Source: an uncultured virus (IMG/VR IMGVR_UViG_2061766007_000262)
Lineage: Duplodnaviria; Heunggongvirae; Uroviricota; Caudoviricetes
IMG/VR virus record: IMGVR_UViG_2061766007_000262
DNA length: 41,884 nucleotides
Reading direction: 5' to 3' (one strand)
Below are positions 26,565-35,110 of this stretch, in pieces (position 1 is the stretch's first letter; each line of letters begins with the position of its first letter). Position numbers and translations under genes: made by a program. The notes beneath the pieces are model-generated. The model ran no database searches. It saw only the letters and a program-made list of their open reading frames with translations, and had not been told where the DNA came from.

Positions 26565-27833
26565 TTATGATGTTACAAACCAAAGATCTCCATCGTGAGC
26601 GTTAGATGGTGTTGATGAACCGACATAAGTTGTTGTATTTGTAAGTGTTGTTGTTCCATCGCTTTGATTGGTTAATGTTAAAACATTATTAGATACACTT
26701 GCAGATTTTATATAGTTTCCAACTGCAACCTTACTTGTTTTCCAATATAAATCGCCATTAACATTACTGATTCCTGTTGTATATGGCGATTGACCAGAGC
26801 TTATATCAATACCATTTGAAGCGCTTAAGTTAGTTGCATGTAAGGTATTGCCCTTGAAATAAACATTTGAATTATAATAGTTTGTTCCTGTCGCACCTGT
26901 TGTGCCTTTACCAACTAAATAGTTAGTGTTTGTATCACTATCACCTCTTGAAGTCGGTGTATCGCTTAAATAATTAGTTGGAATTGTTGGTGTATATGTT
27001 ATTGCAGGTCCACTTGATGGCGTAATAGTAAGCGTATTATTATTTACTTCTGCACTTGCTAAATATGATGTGTCAGATGGTAATGCACCTACATCACTTG
27101 CACTTAAAGTAATGTCAGTTGTTAATTCTTTACCATTTATAGTTCTTGAAGTTGGAACATAATTTTCTAGCGGAACTTTTGATGTTTCCATCTTGCTTAA
27201 CTCAATGGCTGAACCAGAACCATTAGCAAACCAAAAGTCAGGATAATCTACATCTGTAATTAGCAAGATGTCACCTACACTTTGACCATAAATAATAGGT
27301 TCATTTCTTAAATCACCTTCATCACCGACTTCTATGTTTTTAGATACTTTATAATCGTTACCATCTTTATAAATCGCATAAAGATAATTAGCCTGTCCAG
27401 AACTACCACCAACCACATTAAACTCGGTAATACTTGTTTCACCGTGAGATACAGAAGCAAAACAAGGTGTAACATTTCCTGCCGATGTTGAAATGCTTGA
27501 AGACCAAGTAATTGTAGTTCCTTCTGGTATCGCAATATCACCTGCTACTAAATAATAAGTGGTTTCACTATTTTCGGTATGTGGGAATAAAGTTGTTACA
27601 AATGTTTTTGTCTTGCCTTCTGCTACTTCCATTACATTTGATATTGCTGTATAAACACCACCACTTTTAACAGGATTGTTTGAATTTTCGGTTGGTGCAG
27701 AGTCAAATGTTAATGTTGCTTGTTTACCATTTAACGCAGTTTGTAAGCCGCTTACTTGTGCTATGGTTGTAGATGGATTATAATCAACCCAAGTTGAGCC
27801 ATTGTATCTTTTGATTGTCATATTTGTTGCCAT
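26565..27833 (-). CDS. Tail fibre protein C (haplotype 1)
   Basis: N- and C-terminal regions near-identical to 24761..25892, central domain strongly divergent. Confidence 0.82.
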   Translation of the reverse strand: MATNMTIKRYNGSTWVDYNPSTTIAQVSGLQTALNGKQATLTFDSAPTENSNNPVKSGGVYTAISNVMEVAEGKTKTFVTTLFPHTENSETTYYLVAGDIAIPEGTTITWSSSISTSAGNVTPCFASVSHGETSITEFNVVGGSSGQANYLYAIYKDGNDYKVSKNIEVGDEGDLRNEPIIYGQSVGDILLITDVDYPDFWFANGSGSAIELSKMETSKVPLENYVPTSRTINGKELTTDITLSASDVGALPSDTSYLASAEVNNNTLTITPSSGPAITYTPTIPTNYLSDTPTSRGDSDTNTNYLVGKGTTGATGTNYYNSNVYFKGNTLHATNLSASNGIDISSGQSPYTTGISNVNGDLYWKTSKVAVGNYIKSASVSNNVLTLTNQSDGTTTLTNTTTYVGSSTPSNAHDGDLWFVTS

Positions 27834-28205
27834 TATTCATTTCCTCCTTCTTCTTCTTTAGGAATTAAATTGTTTAATTGGTTTTGAATTGTGCCAAAGT
27901 TATTAACATAATTTACTTTAGCAAGACCTAATACATAGTTAAAATTATCAAATAATTTATTAACATCAGTATTAAGTGTGTTTAAGCCATTGATTAGTAT
28001 TTCAATTTGCTTATCTTGAATGAAAAGTTGTTTTTTAGCATTTGCTAAATCTAATTCAAGTTTTGTTTTTTCAGTTTCAAGTTTATCGTAGGCATCTATT
28101 TTAAAAGAATTAGCTTCTACTTTTGAAAAACTTGATTTTGCAATTCTTATTTCACCAACAAGTTTTGCGTTTTCTTCTTTAAGCAACTTGATTTTATTTT
28201 CAAGT
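27833..28205 (-). CDS. Coiled-coil protein B (haplotype 1, partial)
   Basis: Allelic to 25882..26304 from LENKIKLL onward. Confidence 0.7.
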
Positions 28206-28215
28206 NNNNNNNNNN

Positions 28216-28516
28216 TAGTATCTTCTGGCAATGTATCATCGTAATAAATATTTGCATTACCACTACCAATTTCAAATGCTTCAGTTTCCCCACTTGCTTT
28301 AGTAAATGTAATAATGTTTTCTTCTACCATTACGCCAATAATTGACTCCTCTGCGTTTTCTCTATATCCTGCAAACAATTCATATAGATAAAACAAACCT
28401 TGATAGAACTTACTTTTTACTTGTTTAGTTGTCCATCCACTTTGAGATGGATTATCTGGAAGTGAGTAAGGTGAGAGCTTTTTTAATTGTTCTAATTCTT
28501 CGTTTCTATTAGCCAT
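28216..28516 (-). CDS. Tail protein A, 5' part
   Basis: SLPDNPS..GWTTKQVKSKF motif, typical of the gene after the nozzle in such phages; interrupted by an N-gap. Confidence 0.65.
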
Positions 28517-31482
28517 TATTTACTCCCCCTTACTTGTCCACTTACTGAATATACAAATGATAACTGGCTTAATGCCATATTTGTTTCTTCAAGATTTCTA
28601 AATGTAAACCTAATAAAGTTTACACTTGGTATTACCCTATACTTTGTGTATATATGTGGTAATCCATCATTTAAAAATGATATTGTTCCAAAGTTATATT
28701 CATCAAACCTTAAACCTTTGTTGCCTTTTGCAAACGCAGCTATTCCTTGCTTTCTATTCGCAAGATAACCCAAATCAGTTACGCTTTCTAAATTAGTATC
28801 GTTTGCAATTGTATATTGCCATATTGTTTTATCATAACCGATAGAACCCATATCATAAGGTCTTGTGATGTAGTATGCTTCTACATTTCTTTCTTGTGTA
28901 ATAATACATGAATATGATTCAGCGTAAGTTCGTTGTAAAAAGATTACATTTTCATCTAGCTCATTTTTTAAAACAAATGTGTTTGTTGTTGGATCGTAAT
29001 CTGCCACCTTTAATTCTTTATCTTTTGAGGATACCCACACATTAGATGTAATTGTTGTTTCATCATCAATAAAATCTGAAAAATCTGCATAGCTATCATC
29101 TTGTTTTAAGTAGTATGAAGTTGGATAAACATCACTTATTTTTTCAAGCGTATAGACATTTGCAATATCTTCGCCATCCAAATATACTTCAAGATTGTTC
29201 TCAAGTGCCACGCTTTCATCTATAGTTATAAGTTTTGTTTTACCGTCTTCACCGATTTCAATATAACCTATATTGTCAACATCATATTCGCTTGATATAG
29301 CCCCAAGGCAATAATACATTGGTCTATATGTAGTAAACGTTGATAAATCTCTCGGATCTTCTACGCTTGTGTCCCAATATTCAATGACAGTTACTTTATC
29401 GCCATTTTTGATCTTATCACCATAAGTGGCACTTAATGTTATTTCACCATTATATAAATCTTGAGTTACAGCACCCTTATTTGTATAAACTCTATCTCTA
29501 TCTTTAAAGTAATATTCGCCTTCATTAAATTTACAAATATTACCATCAATATCAGCGAAGTATAATTCATCACCTATCTCAAAGAATATATCGGCTTTAA
29601 TACCTTCCAACTTATACCACTCATACTCATTGTTTTCTTTGAGTGAGTCATAAGCTAAATATACATAATCGCCTACTTTCATAATTAGTCTATCTTTAAA
29701 TGTGAATATGAACGCATTATTAAGATTTTCTTCTAATATTGCTAAATTGATATTGCTTGAAACATCAACAAATATTCTTTCAGCATTGTATGTATTTTGC
29801 CTTGTATAGAGCTTTTTAAGACCGTTTTTAGTTAATACTAATGTATCTCCTAAAAAGTTCGCTATAGACCTATTACTGATCGCTCCTTCGCCACCCATTG
29901 TGTTGATAGGGAAACAAGGATAACCTTCTTCATAGTATGTTTCGTTTTCTTTTTGTGTAGAAACTTGCTGACCTGTATATGATGTCGCTACTTTCAATTC
30001 TTTATATCTTCTATATAATGTTGGCTCAAACTTTGATGGTTCTTTAAACACAATTAAGTTGCCATCACTAAATATGTCATAACCAACTACAGCTGTATTG
30101 TCACTGCCATAGTTGCAATAGTCTAAATCACTAAAGTATGTAAACTCGCCATAGGTATTACTATCGCCATAATTTGTTATAGGTTGTGTGTGCCAATCAG
30201 TATTTTTATAACTTGAGTTGCCACTAATGAATAATCTATCGCTATAGACTATACCGAATGTGCAATTGTCAATAGAACTTGTGTCTAGTTCTTTTTCGCT
30301 TGGGAATACTATATAAATAGTATTTTCATTTTCGTTTTCTTTTAATATGTTTGTGTTATATATATGTAAAATTGCTTGTGTTCTTGTTAGGCTTAAATCG
30401 GCAACAACTGTAGATGTGTCATTTGATGGAGAAAAGTTGAATGCGTTAGCAATAAAACGTGTTTCGTCTGGTTGAATGAAATACCAAGGTGTGTAAGTAA
30501 CACCATTTATTACTAAATAAGCGTGGTTTTTGAAATATAGGGCATCTGTATATGTTTCAATCCAAGTTAACCCAGCATCTAAGATCCACTCATCTCTCTC
30601 GCCACTACTTATATTTTCTTCAATTATTTGTGTTGCTTCTGAATAACTACTATCATGTTTAAACCATAAATAGTAATTCGTTTGAACAGAACAACCATTA
30701 TAACCAAAACCGCTAATTGAAATATTTTCGTTATCTTCTACTACTCTAACCTTTGTTCCGTTTAAATCTGTTGAGTAATATAAATCAACACTATATGAGT
30801 TATTGTTTTTTACAAAAACTGTTCCGTTGTCTATTTCGGTTATTATCGGAGCAATAAACTTGTTTTTAGCACCTTCAATTGTGTTTTTTCTTAAGTTAGT
30901 TAGTATGTTTACATCTTCAAATGCACTAACTGAGCCGTCTGGTGAAAGATTTGATGTTGTAGGGATATAAACTAGATTACTACCTACTACATTCGCAAGT
31001 GTTATTGCTGAAACTGTGTTACCGCTGTATGTATATCTAAGATATTTGTAGCTTAATCCATCAAGAATATAGAGTATTCCTTTTGATGCAAAAGCCATTG
31101 ATTTATGGTCTGCAATAGTTCCAGTTATTTGTGTTAGTTCAGTATTCCAAAAATAAGAGTCTTTGCCCAAATTACTAACTTCATATAAAGCGTTTTTAAT
31201 GTGCATTATTTTATGAAAATAGCCCCTCTCATCATAGAACTCATAATAACCATTTACATTGTAAGGTGCTTTAGCAACTTGTTCATAGCCGCTACGCTTT
31301 TGATTAGTTTTGTCTTTATAAACAATGTTTTTAATATCAGTTGCGTGATGGTCTTGTGTTTCAAGTTGGCTTCTTCTATATTCAACACCATAAAACTTGG
31401 ACACATTAAATGTCTTTTTACTTGCATTATGTTTTGTTAAATTGTAGTGATTAAATGTTGATCTTGTTGGCATAGTAATCAC
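28516..31482 (-). CDS. Tail nozzle/DNA-stabilization protein (P22 gp10/T7 gp12-like position)
   Basis: 988-aa beta-rich protein, NQKRSGY N-terminal motif, DRLFISGN; synteny. Confidence 0.65.
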   Translation of the reverse strand: MITMPTRSTFNHYNLTKHNASKKTFNVSKFYGVEYRRSQLETQDHHATDIKNIVYKDKTNQKRSGYEQVAKAPYNVNGYYEFYDERGYFHKIMHIKNALYEVSNLGKDSYFWNTELTQITGTIADHKSMAFASKGILYILDGLSYKYLRYTYSGNTVSAITLANVVGSNLVYIPTTSNLSPDGSVSAFEDVNILTNLRKNTIEGAKNKFIAPIITEIDNGTVFVKNNNSYSVDLYYSTDLNGTKVRVVEDNENISISGFGYNGCSVQTNYYLWFKHDSSYSEATQIIEENISSGERDEWILDAGLTWIETYTDALYFKNHAYLVINGVTYTPWYFIQPDETRFIANAFNFSPSNDTSTVVADLSLTRTQAILHIYNTNILKENENENTIYIVFPSEKELDTSSIDNCTFGIVYSDRLFISGNSSYKNTDWHTQPITNYGDSNTYGEFTYFSDLDYCNYGSDNTAVVGYDIFSDGNLIVFKEPSKFEPTLYRRYKELKVATSYTGQQVSTQKENETYYEEGYPCFPINTMGGEGAISNRSIANFLGDTLVLTKNGLKKLYTRQNTYNAERIFVDVSSNINLAILEENLNNAFIFTFKDRLIMKVGDYVYLAYDSLKENNEYEWYKLEGIKADIFFEIGDELYFADIDGNICKFNEGEYYFKDRDRVYTNKGAVTQDLYNGEITLSATYGDKIKNGDKVTVIEYWDTSVEDPRDLSTFTTYRPMYYCLGAISSEYDVDNIGYIEIGEDGKTKLITIDESVALENNLEVYLDGEDIANVYTLEKISDVYPTSYYLKQDDSYADFSDFIDDETTITSNVWVSSKDKELKVADYDPTTNTFVLKNELDENVIFLQRTYAESYSCIITQERNVEAYYITRPYDMGSIGYDKTIWQYTIANDTNLESVTDLGYLANRKQGIAAFAKGNKGLRFDEYNFGTISFLNDGLPHIYTKYRVIPSVNFIRFTFRNLEETNMALSQLSFVYSVSGQVRGSK

Positions 31483-32201
31483 CCAATGTTATATTTCTTT
31501 GTTGTATTAGTTTGATTAAAAGCAGAGCTTACAACTCTAATGTTGTTAAAATATTGCTCTGCTCTTGTAATGTGCATATTAGCAAGTTGTGCATCTATTT
31601 GTTCAAGTAATACACCCTTTGCGTATTCAATAATATAATTGCACATAGAGTCTGTAATACCATATTCTCTTAAATCAACATCTTTGTCGTTATCCCAAGA
31701 GATACTATCGTTTCCTAAATCAACAGACGCAGTTATATCATCTCTTGTAAAATATGGTATGTCTTCTTTATATTCAACATATAAAATGTTTGAATTATCA
31801 TTATCACCAAATATTGATTCTGCTCTTAATTTATTTGGTCTTGTTATTCTAATTTTGTTGATACCGAATGGTGTAAAAGGCAATCTTTTGTATTTACTAT
31901 TAGCAACATTTACTACTTCTTTGCAATTGCATAATAGATTAGCTAAATTAACTACACCATTTTCTTCGGCTATTTCTTCAACTCTATAAGGTATTCTATC
32001 TAAATCAGATAATCTTGATATTGCTTCGTTGATAGGAGCAAATACATTGCTAACAGCAACGCTATAATCAAAGTAATCACTTTCATTATCATCGTTTACT
32101 GCAGGGTCATTTATATATAAAAATTGCTCATAAGTAAAACCATCATCGTCATAATGGTTTACATTCTTAACACAATTGTATGCAAGTTCAGATAATTTCA
32201 T
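31479..32201 (-). CDS. Head-tail adaptor (P22 gp4/T7 gp11-like position)
   Basis: Helical ends (PINEAISRL; YIIEYAKGVL) and synteny between capsid and nozzle. Confidence 0.55.
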   Translation of the reverse strand: MKLSELAYNCVKNVNHYDDDGFTYEQFLYINDPAVNDDNESDYFDYSVAVSNVFAPINEAISRLSDLDRIPYRVEEIAEENGVVNLANLLCNCKEVVNVANSKYKRLPFTPFGINKIRITRPNKLRAESIFGDNDNSNILYVEYKEDIPYFTRDDITASVDLGNDSISWDNDKDVDLREYGITDSMCNYIIEYAKGVLLEQIDAQLANMHITRAEQYFNNIRVVSSAFNQTNTTKKYNIG

Positions 32202-32225
32202 TGTCGTTTGCTCCTTATAATATAT

Positions 32226-32299
32226 TGGTTGCGAGAGTAAGATTTGAACTTACACTTATACAGTATGGATCTATCGTGCTTCCATTACACCATCTCGCT
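32226..32299 (-). tRNA. tRNA with CAT anticodon (Met-like, atypical)
   Basis: Cloverleaf: acceptor AGCGAGA/TCTCGCA, D-arm GTGT/GCAC, T-arm GTAAG-TTCAAAT-CTTAC, encoded CCA. Confidence 0.8.
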
Positions 32300-32304
32300 A
32301 TGTT

Positions 32305-32462
32305 AGAGCATAAGTTTATATGGAAATTCGGAGGCTTATGCTCTTTTTGTTGTTGTAGGACTTTCACCTACTGTATAGGGCTGCGATACCTATACTTATG
32401 AATTTTCAAAAGGAGTCGTGCTATGCACAAAAATTTAACATAAGTAGTTTGAGGAATACTAC
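32305..32462 (-). ncRNA. Candidate structured RNA upstream of the tRNA
   Basis: Consecutive hairpins AGAGCATAAG/CTTATGCTCT, GTAGG/CCTAC, GTATAGG/CCTATAC, ACTTATG/CATAAGT. Confidence 0.45.
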
Positions 32463-32467
32463 AATGT

Positions 32468-32659
32468 CTATAAAATTTCTTCAATATCGCCTACTTCTTT
32501 AGCAAGCTTACCAACCCATTCAGGAACTTCTTGAATTTTACCAATAGCAACTGCTACAGTTACGCCATCTTTTTGATAATAGCGGAATTGTTCAACTTTA
32601 GCATTTTCAGGGTTGTTATCTTTAGCGATATAGACTTTTACCATTTTTTCTTTTTCCAT
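32468..32659 (-). CDS. Small head-associated hypothetical protein
   Basis: 63 aa, RBS AGGAG, GKIQEVPEWV motif, directly after the capsid gene. Confidence 0.7.
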   Translation of the reverse strand: MEKEKMVKVYIAKDNNPENAKVEQFRYYQKDGVTVAVAIGKIQEVPEWVGKLAKEVGDIEEIL

Positions 32660-32774
32660 ACTGTTCTCCTATAAATATTTTTTGAGTTTTTTGAGATTTG
32701 CACTCATATACGCTAACCGAAAACTCATATTAAGGGTAGTTTAAGTCCACCCTTAAGACTTTTATAAATGTAAA

Positions 32775-34145
32775 TTAAGCGTTTGCTGTTCCAGTTGCTG
32801 CACAAGCGATTGTTAAAGTCTTAGTAGTTACATCACCATTTGGAACTTCAACAACGATAGTCTTGTTGCCATCTAGGTAAGATAAAATCTTTGCTGCTTT
32901 TGTAGAGTCATAAGTTGCAGTCCAGTTTGCCTTAGTTGGAACATTATCTGCGAAATGATAACCATCAGCTGCTGCAACAGTTGCTACTACTACTGCACCA
33001 CTATATGCTTTGCTAGAAGCATCAACACCAGTTAATGTAATAGCAGTGTTGCTTCCAGCACTCTTTGAAATAGTCCATTGACCGTAGTCCATACCTCTAC
33101 CACTCTTAGAAACTGTCATATCTTTATTGCCAGTTAAATCAAATGATGGATGGTCGTTATTTTCATATACATAGTCATTGATTGCATCAAGTGTGAATTC
33201 ACAGTCTAAAATGCAAAGGTCGTCAGAGATACAAGCACCAAGTCCATCCATATTGATTGCGATTGAACCTTGTTGTTTGTTGTCGTCTGCAGTGTAGTTT
33301 CCATCTACATCTACTAATACACCAGAACCTAGTGGGTTGTTGATTACTTCAATGTTGCTTTCGCCTTGTAATTTAGCTACATCAACTGGGCTTTCGCCAT
33401 CAACATTTCTCTTACCCATAAATACGATGTATTGAACGGTAGCACTCTTATACATTAAATCTTGAGAAGTGATTGAATAATAGAAATCGCCGTAACGGAA
33501 GTATTCATAAGTTCTGCCGTCTAATTCTTTCTTAACTGGTTCACTTAATGAACTACCTTTTGCTTCAATTTCGCCTCTTAATGTGCTTAATAATTCAGGA
33601 GTAATGTGTGCTAAATATAAGCCATCTTCCCATCTCTTAACTTTGTTCTTTCTAAAGATGATCGCTGCTTTTTCAGCAGTTTTTAGGATGCTTGCATTTC
33701 CACTTACTACTACTGGAGTAACAATTGCTCTTGATGAAACAAATGGTTTACCTTTAATGAAGTCTAATTTTTGAACTGCGATTTCTTTTAATGTTGCAGT
33801 TGCTGATTTTACTGTGTCATCAAAGTGGAATTGTAAATCTTCTCTTGAATAGATTGCTTTGTCGCCATAGCTTTGAACAGTTCTTTCAACTGTCTTTACA
33901 GCGATTTTAGAAGGTCTTGGTGCTACAAATTCTGCTCTTGCAGAAATGTCGCTTTCTTTTACCTTTGGTGCGATTAAAATTCTTGATTGATAAGTCTTGT
34001 GTCCTCTAGGAACTGTTGAGTGATGAACGAATTTGTCCCAATATTCTTCAGAAGGAACGAACATTTCTAGGTTCTTCTTAATGTCAACAATATGTTCATC
34101 TGTTAATTCTGCGTAAGTAATTGCGTTAGTATTTGATACTGCCAT
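32775..34145 (-). CDS. Major capsid protein with C-terminal extension
   Basis: Follows the scaffold gene; RBS GAGGTG before ATG 34145; N4-gp56-like features (QSYGD, YLAHITP, NPLGSG...DDNKQQGSI). Confidence 0.75.
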   Translation of the reverse strand: MAVSNTNAITYAELTDEHIVDIKKNLEMFVPSEEYWDKFVHHSTVPRGHKTYQSRILIAPKVKESDISARAEFVAPRPSKIAVKTVERTVQSYGDKAIYSREDLQFHFDDTVKSATATLKEIAVQKLDFIKGKPFVSSRAIVTPVVVSGNASILKTAEKAAIIFRKNKVKRWEDGLYLAHITPELLSTLRGEIEAKGSSLSEPVKKELDGRTYEYFRYGDFYYSITSQDLMYKSATVQYIVFMGKRNVDGESPVDVAKLQGESNIEVINNPLGSGVLVDVDGNYTADDNKQQGSIAINMDGLGACISDDLCILDCEFTLDAINDYVYENNDHPSFDLTGNKDMTVSKSGRGMDYGQWTISKSAGSNTAITLTGVDASSKAYSGAVVVATVAAADGYHFADNVPTKANWTATYDSTKAAKILSYLDGNKTIVVEVPNGDVTTKTLTIACAATGTANA

Positions 34146-34174
34146 AATATTCACCTCATAAAATTATAATTATT

Positions 34175-34996
34175 TTATTCGCCGTATTTTTCTTTCCAAT
34201 AAGTTTTGAATTCTTCTTTGGTCATATTTTCTACGGTCTTTGGTGGAAGTGTGCCGCTTGGGGTAGAACTTGGGTTTTTAGTAATCTTTTTTGAAACATC
34301 ATCAGCTTCTTTTTCTACCATCGCTTTCTTCTCTTTAGCGGAACTCTTTTCTTTTTTAGCTTGATATGCTTCATAGATTTCTTGAGTAGTCCATCTACCA
34401 ATTTTACCTTTCGCAAACTCTAAATATTCATTGTCGCTTGCGAGTTTCTTGGTATCAACATCAGGGTAAGCCTTTTTGAAATTTTCAATATCTTTTTTTA
34501 ATGAAACATTGATTTTCTCTTGTTCTTCAGCTTGTGCCTTTTCTGCCTTTTTCTTGTTTCTTTCAAGTTCGGCTAACCTTTTTGGAAGGTCTGAAATAGG
34601 ATCCAAGCCCTCATCGTCAAGAGTTTTTTGAATTTCATAGATTTTAAGGTCTTCGTCATCTTCAATTTTTTCATTGGTATAAGGATTTGTCTTTAAAACC
34701 GAAAGTTTGCCTTCAATTTTGGCTTCTTCCTTAATTTTTGCTTCTCTTTGTTCCCTTTCTAAACGTTCTTTTTCACGTCTTTTTTCAGCAAAAGAAGCAT
34801 CTTTCTTTAAATCTCTCTTTTGAGATTTTTCATCATCTTCAGTTTCTTCTTCTTGAGTTTTGGCATTCTCATCAGTTTCTTCTGAAGCCGACTCTAATTC
34901 ATCAGTTTCTGCTTCTGCTTCAGTGCCACCTAAAGTTTCAGCATATTCATCTTCACTAAAGTCTTCTGCACTTAATAAAGTGTCTTCATCTTCCAT
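34175..34996 (-). CDS. Capsid scaffolding protein
   Basis: Acidic N-terminus, FAEKRR, NPYT, FKKAYPDVD, C-terminal ENMTKEEF. Confidence 0.85.
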   Translation of the reverse strand: MEDEDTLLSAEDFSEDEYAETLGGTEAEAETDELESASEETDENAKTQEEETEDDEKSQKRDLKKDASFAEKRREKERLEREQREAKIKEEAKIEGKLSVLKTNPYTNEKIEDDEDLKIYEIQKTLDDEGLDPISDLPKRLAELERNKKKAEKAQAEEQEKINVSLKKDIENFKKAYPDVDTKKLASDNEYLEFAKGKIGRWTTQEIYEAYQAKKEKSSAKEKKAMVEKEADDVSKKITKNPSSTPSGTLPPKTVENMTKEEFKTYWKEKYGE

Positions 34997-35020
34997 AAAA
35001 TTAACCTCATTATGTTTGGT

Positions 35021-35101
35021 GATTTTTACGCTATTTCAAGCGAATAGATTTTTGCCCTGTTCACTGGGAATTAGAGATTTTTACGCTATTCTCTTGCGAA
35101 T
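35021..35101 (-). repeat. Three tandem 25-26-nt hairpin repeats in the scaffold gene leader
   Basis: ATTCGC..GCGTAAAAATC, ATTCCC..GGGCAAAAATC, ATTCGC..GCGTAAAAATC. Confidence 0.8.
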
Positions 35102-35110
35102 ATTTAATGG

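Noticed and set aside
18764..28205. Diversity-generating retroelement or shufflon suggested by repeated fibre segments
   Set aside because: No reverse transcriptase or local invertase; copies are same-strand, gap-bounded and their differences are not adenine-specific
27833..28516. 227-aa ORF in the track
   Set aside because: Chimera across an N-gap: gene A N-terminus fused to haplotype-1 gene B
32276..32283. Operator half-site TGGAAGCA in the tRNA
   Set aside because: Explained by D-loop consensus; no second half-site
35021..35101. Mini CRISPR array
   Set aside because: Units are nearly adjacent with no spacers, and no cas genes are present
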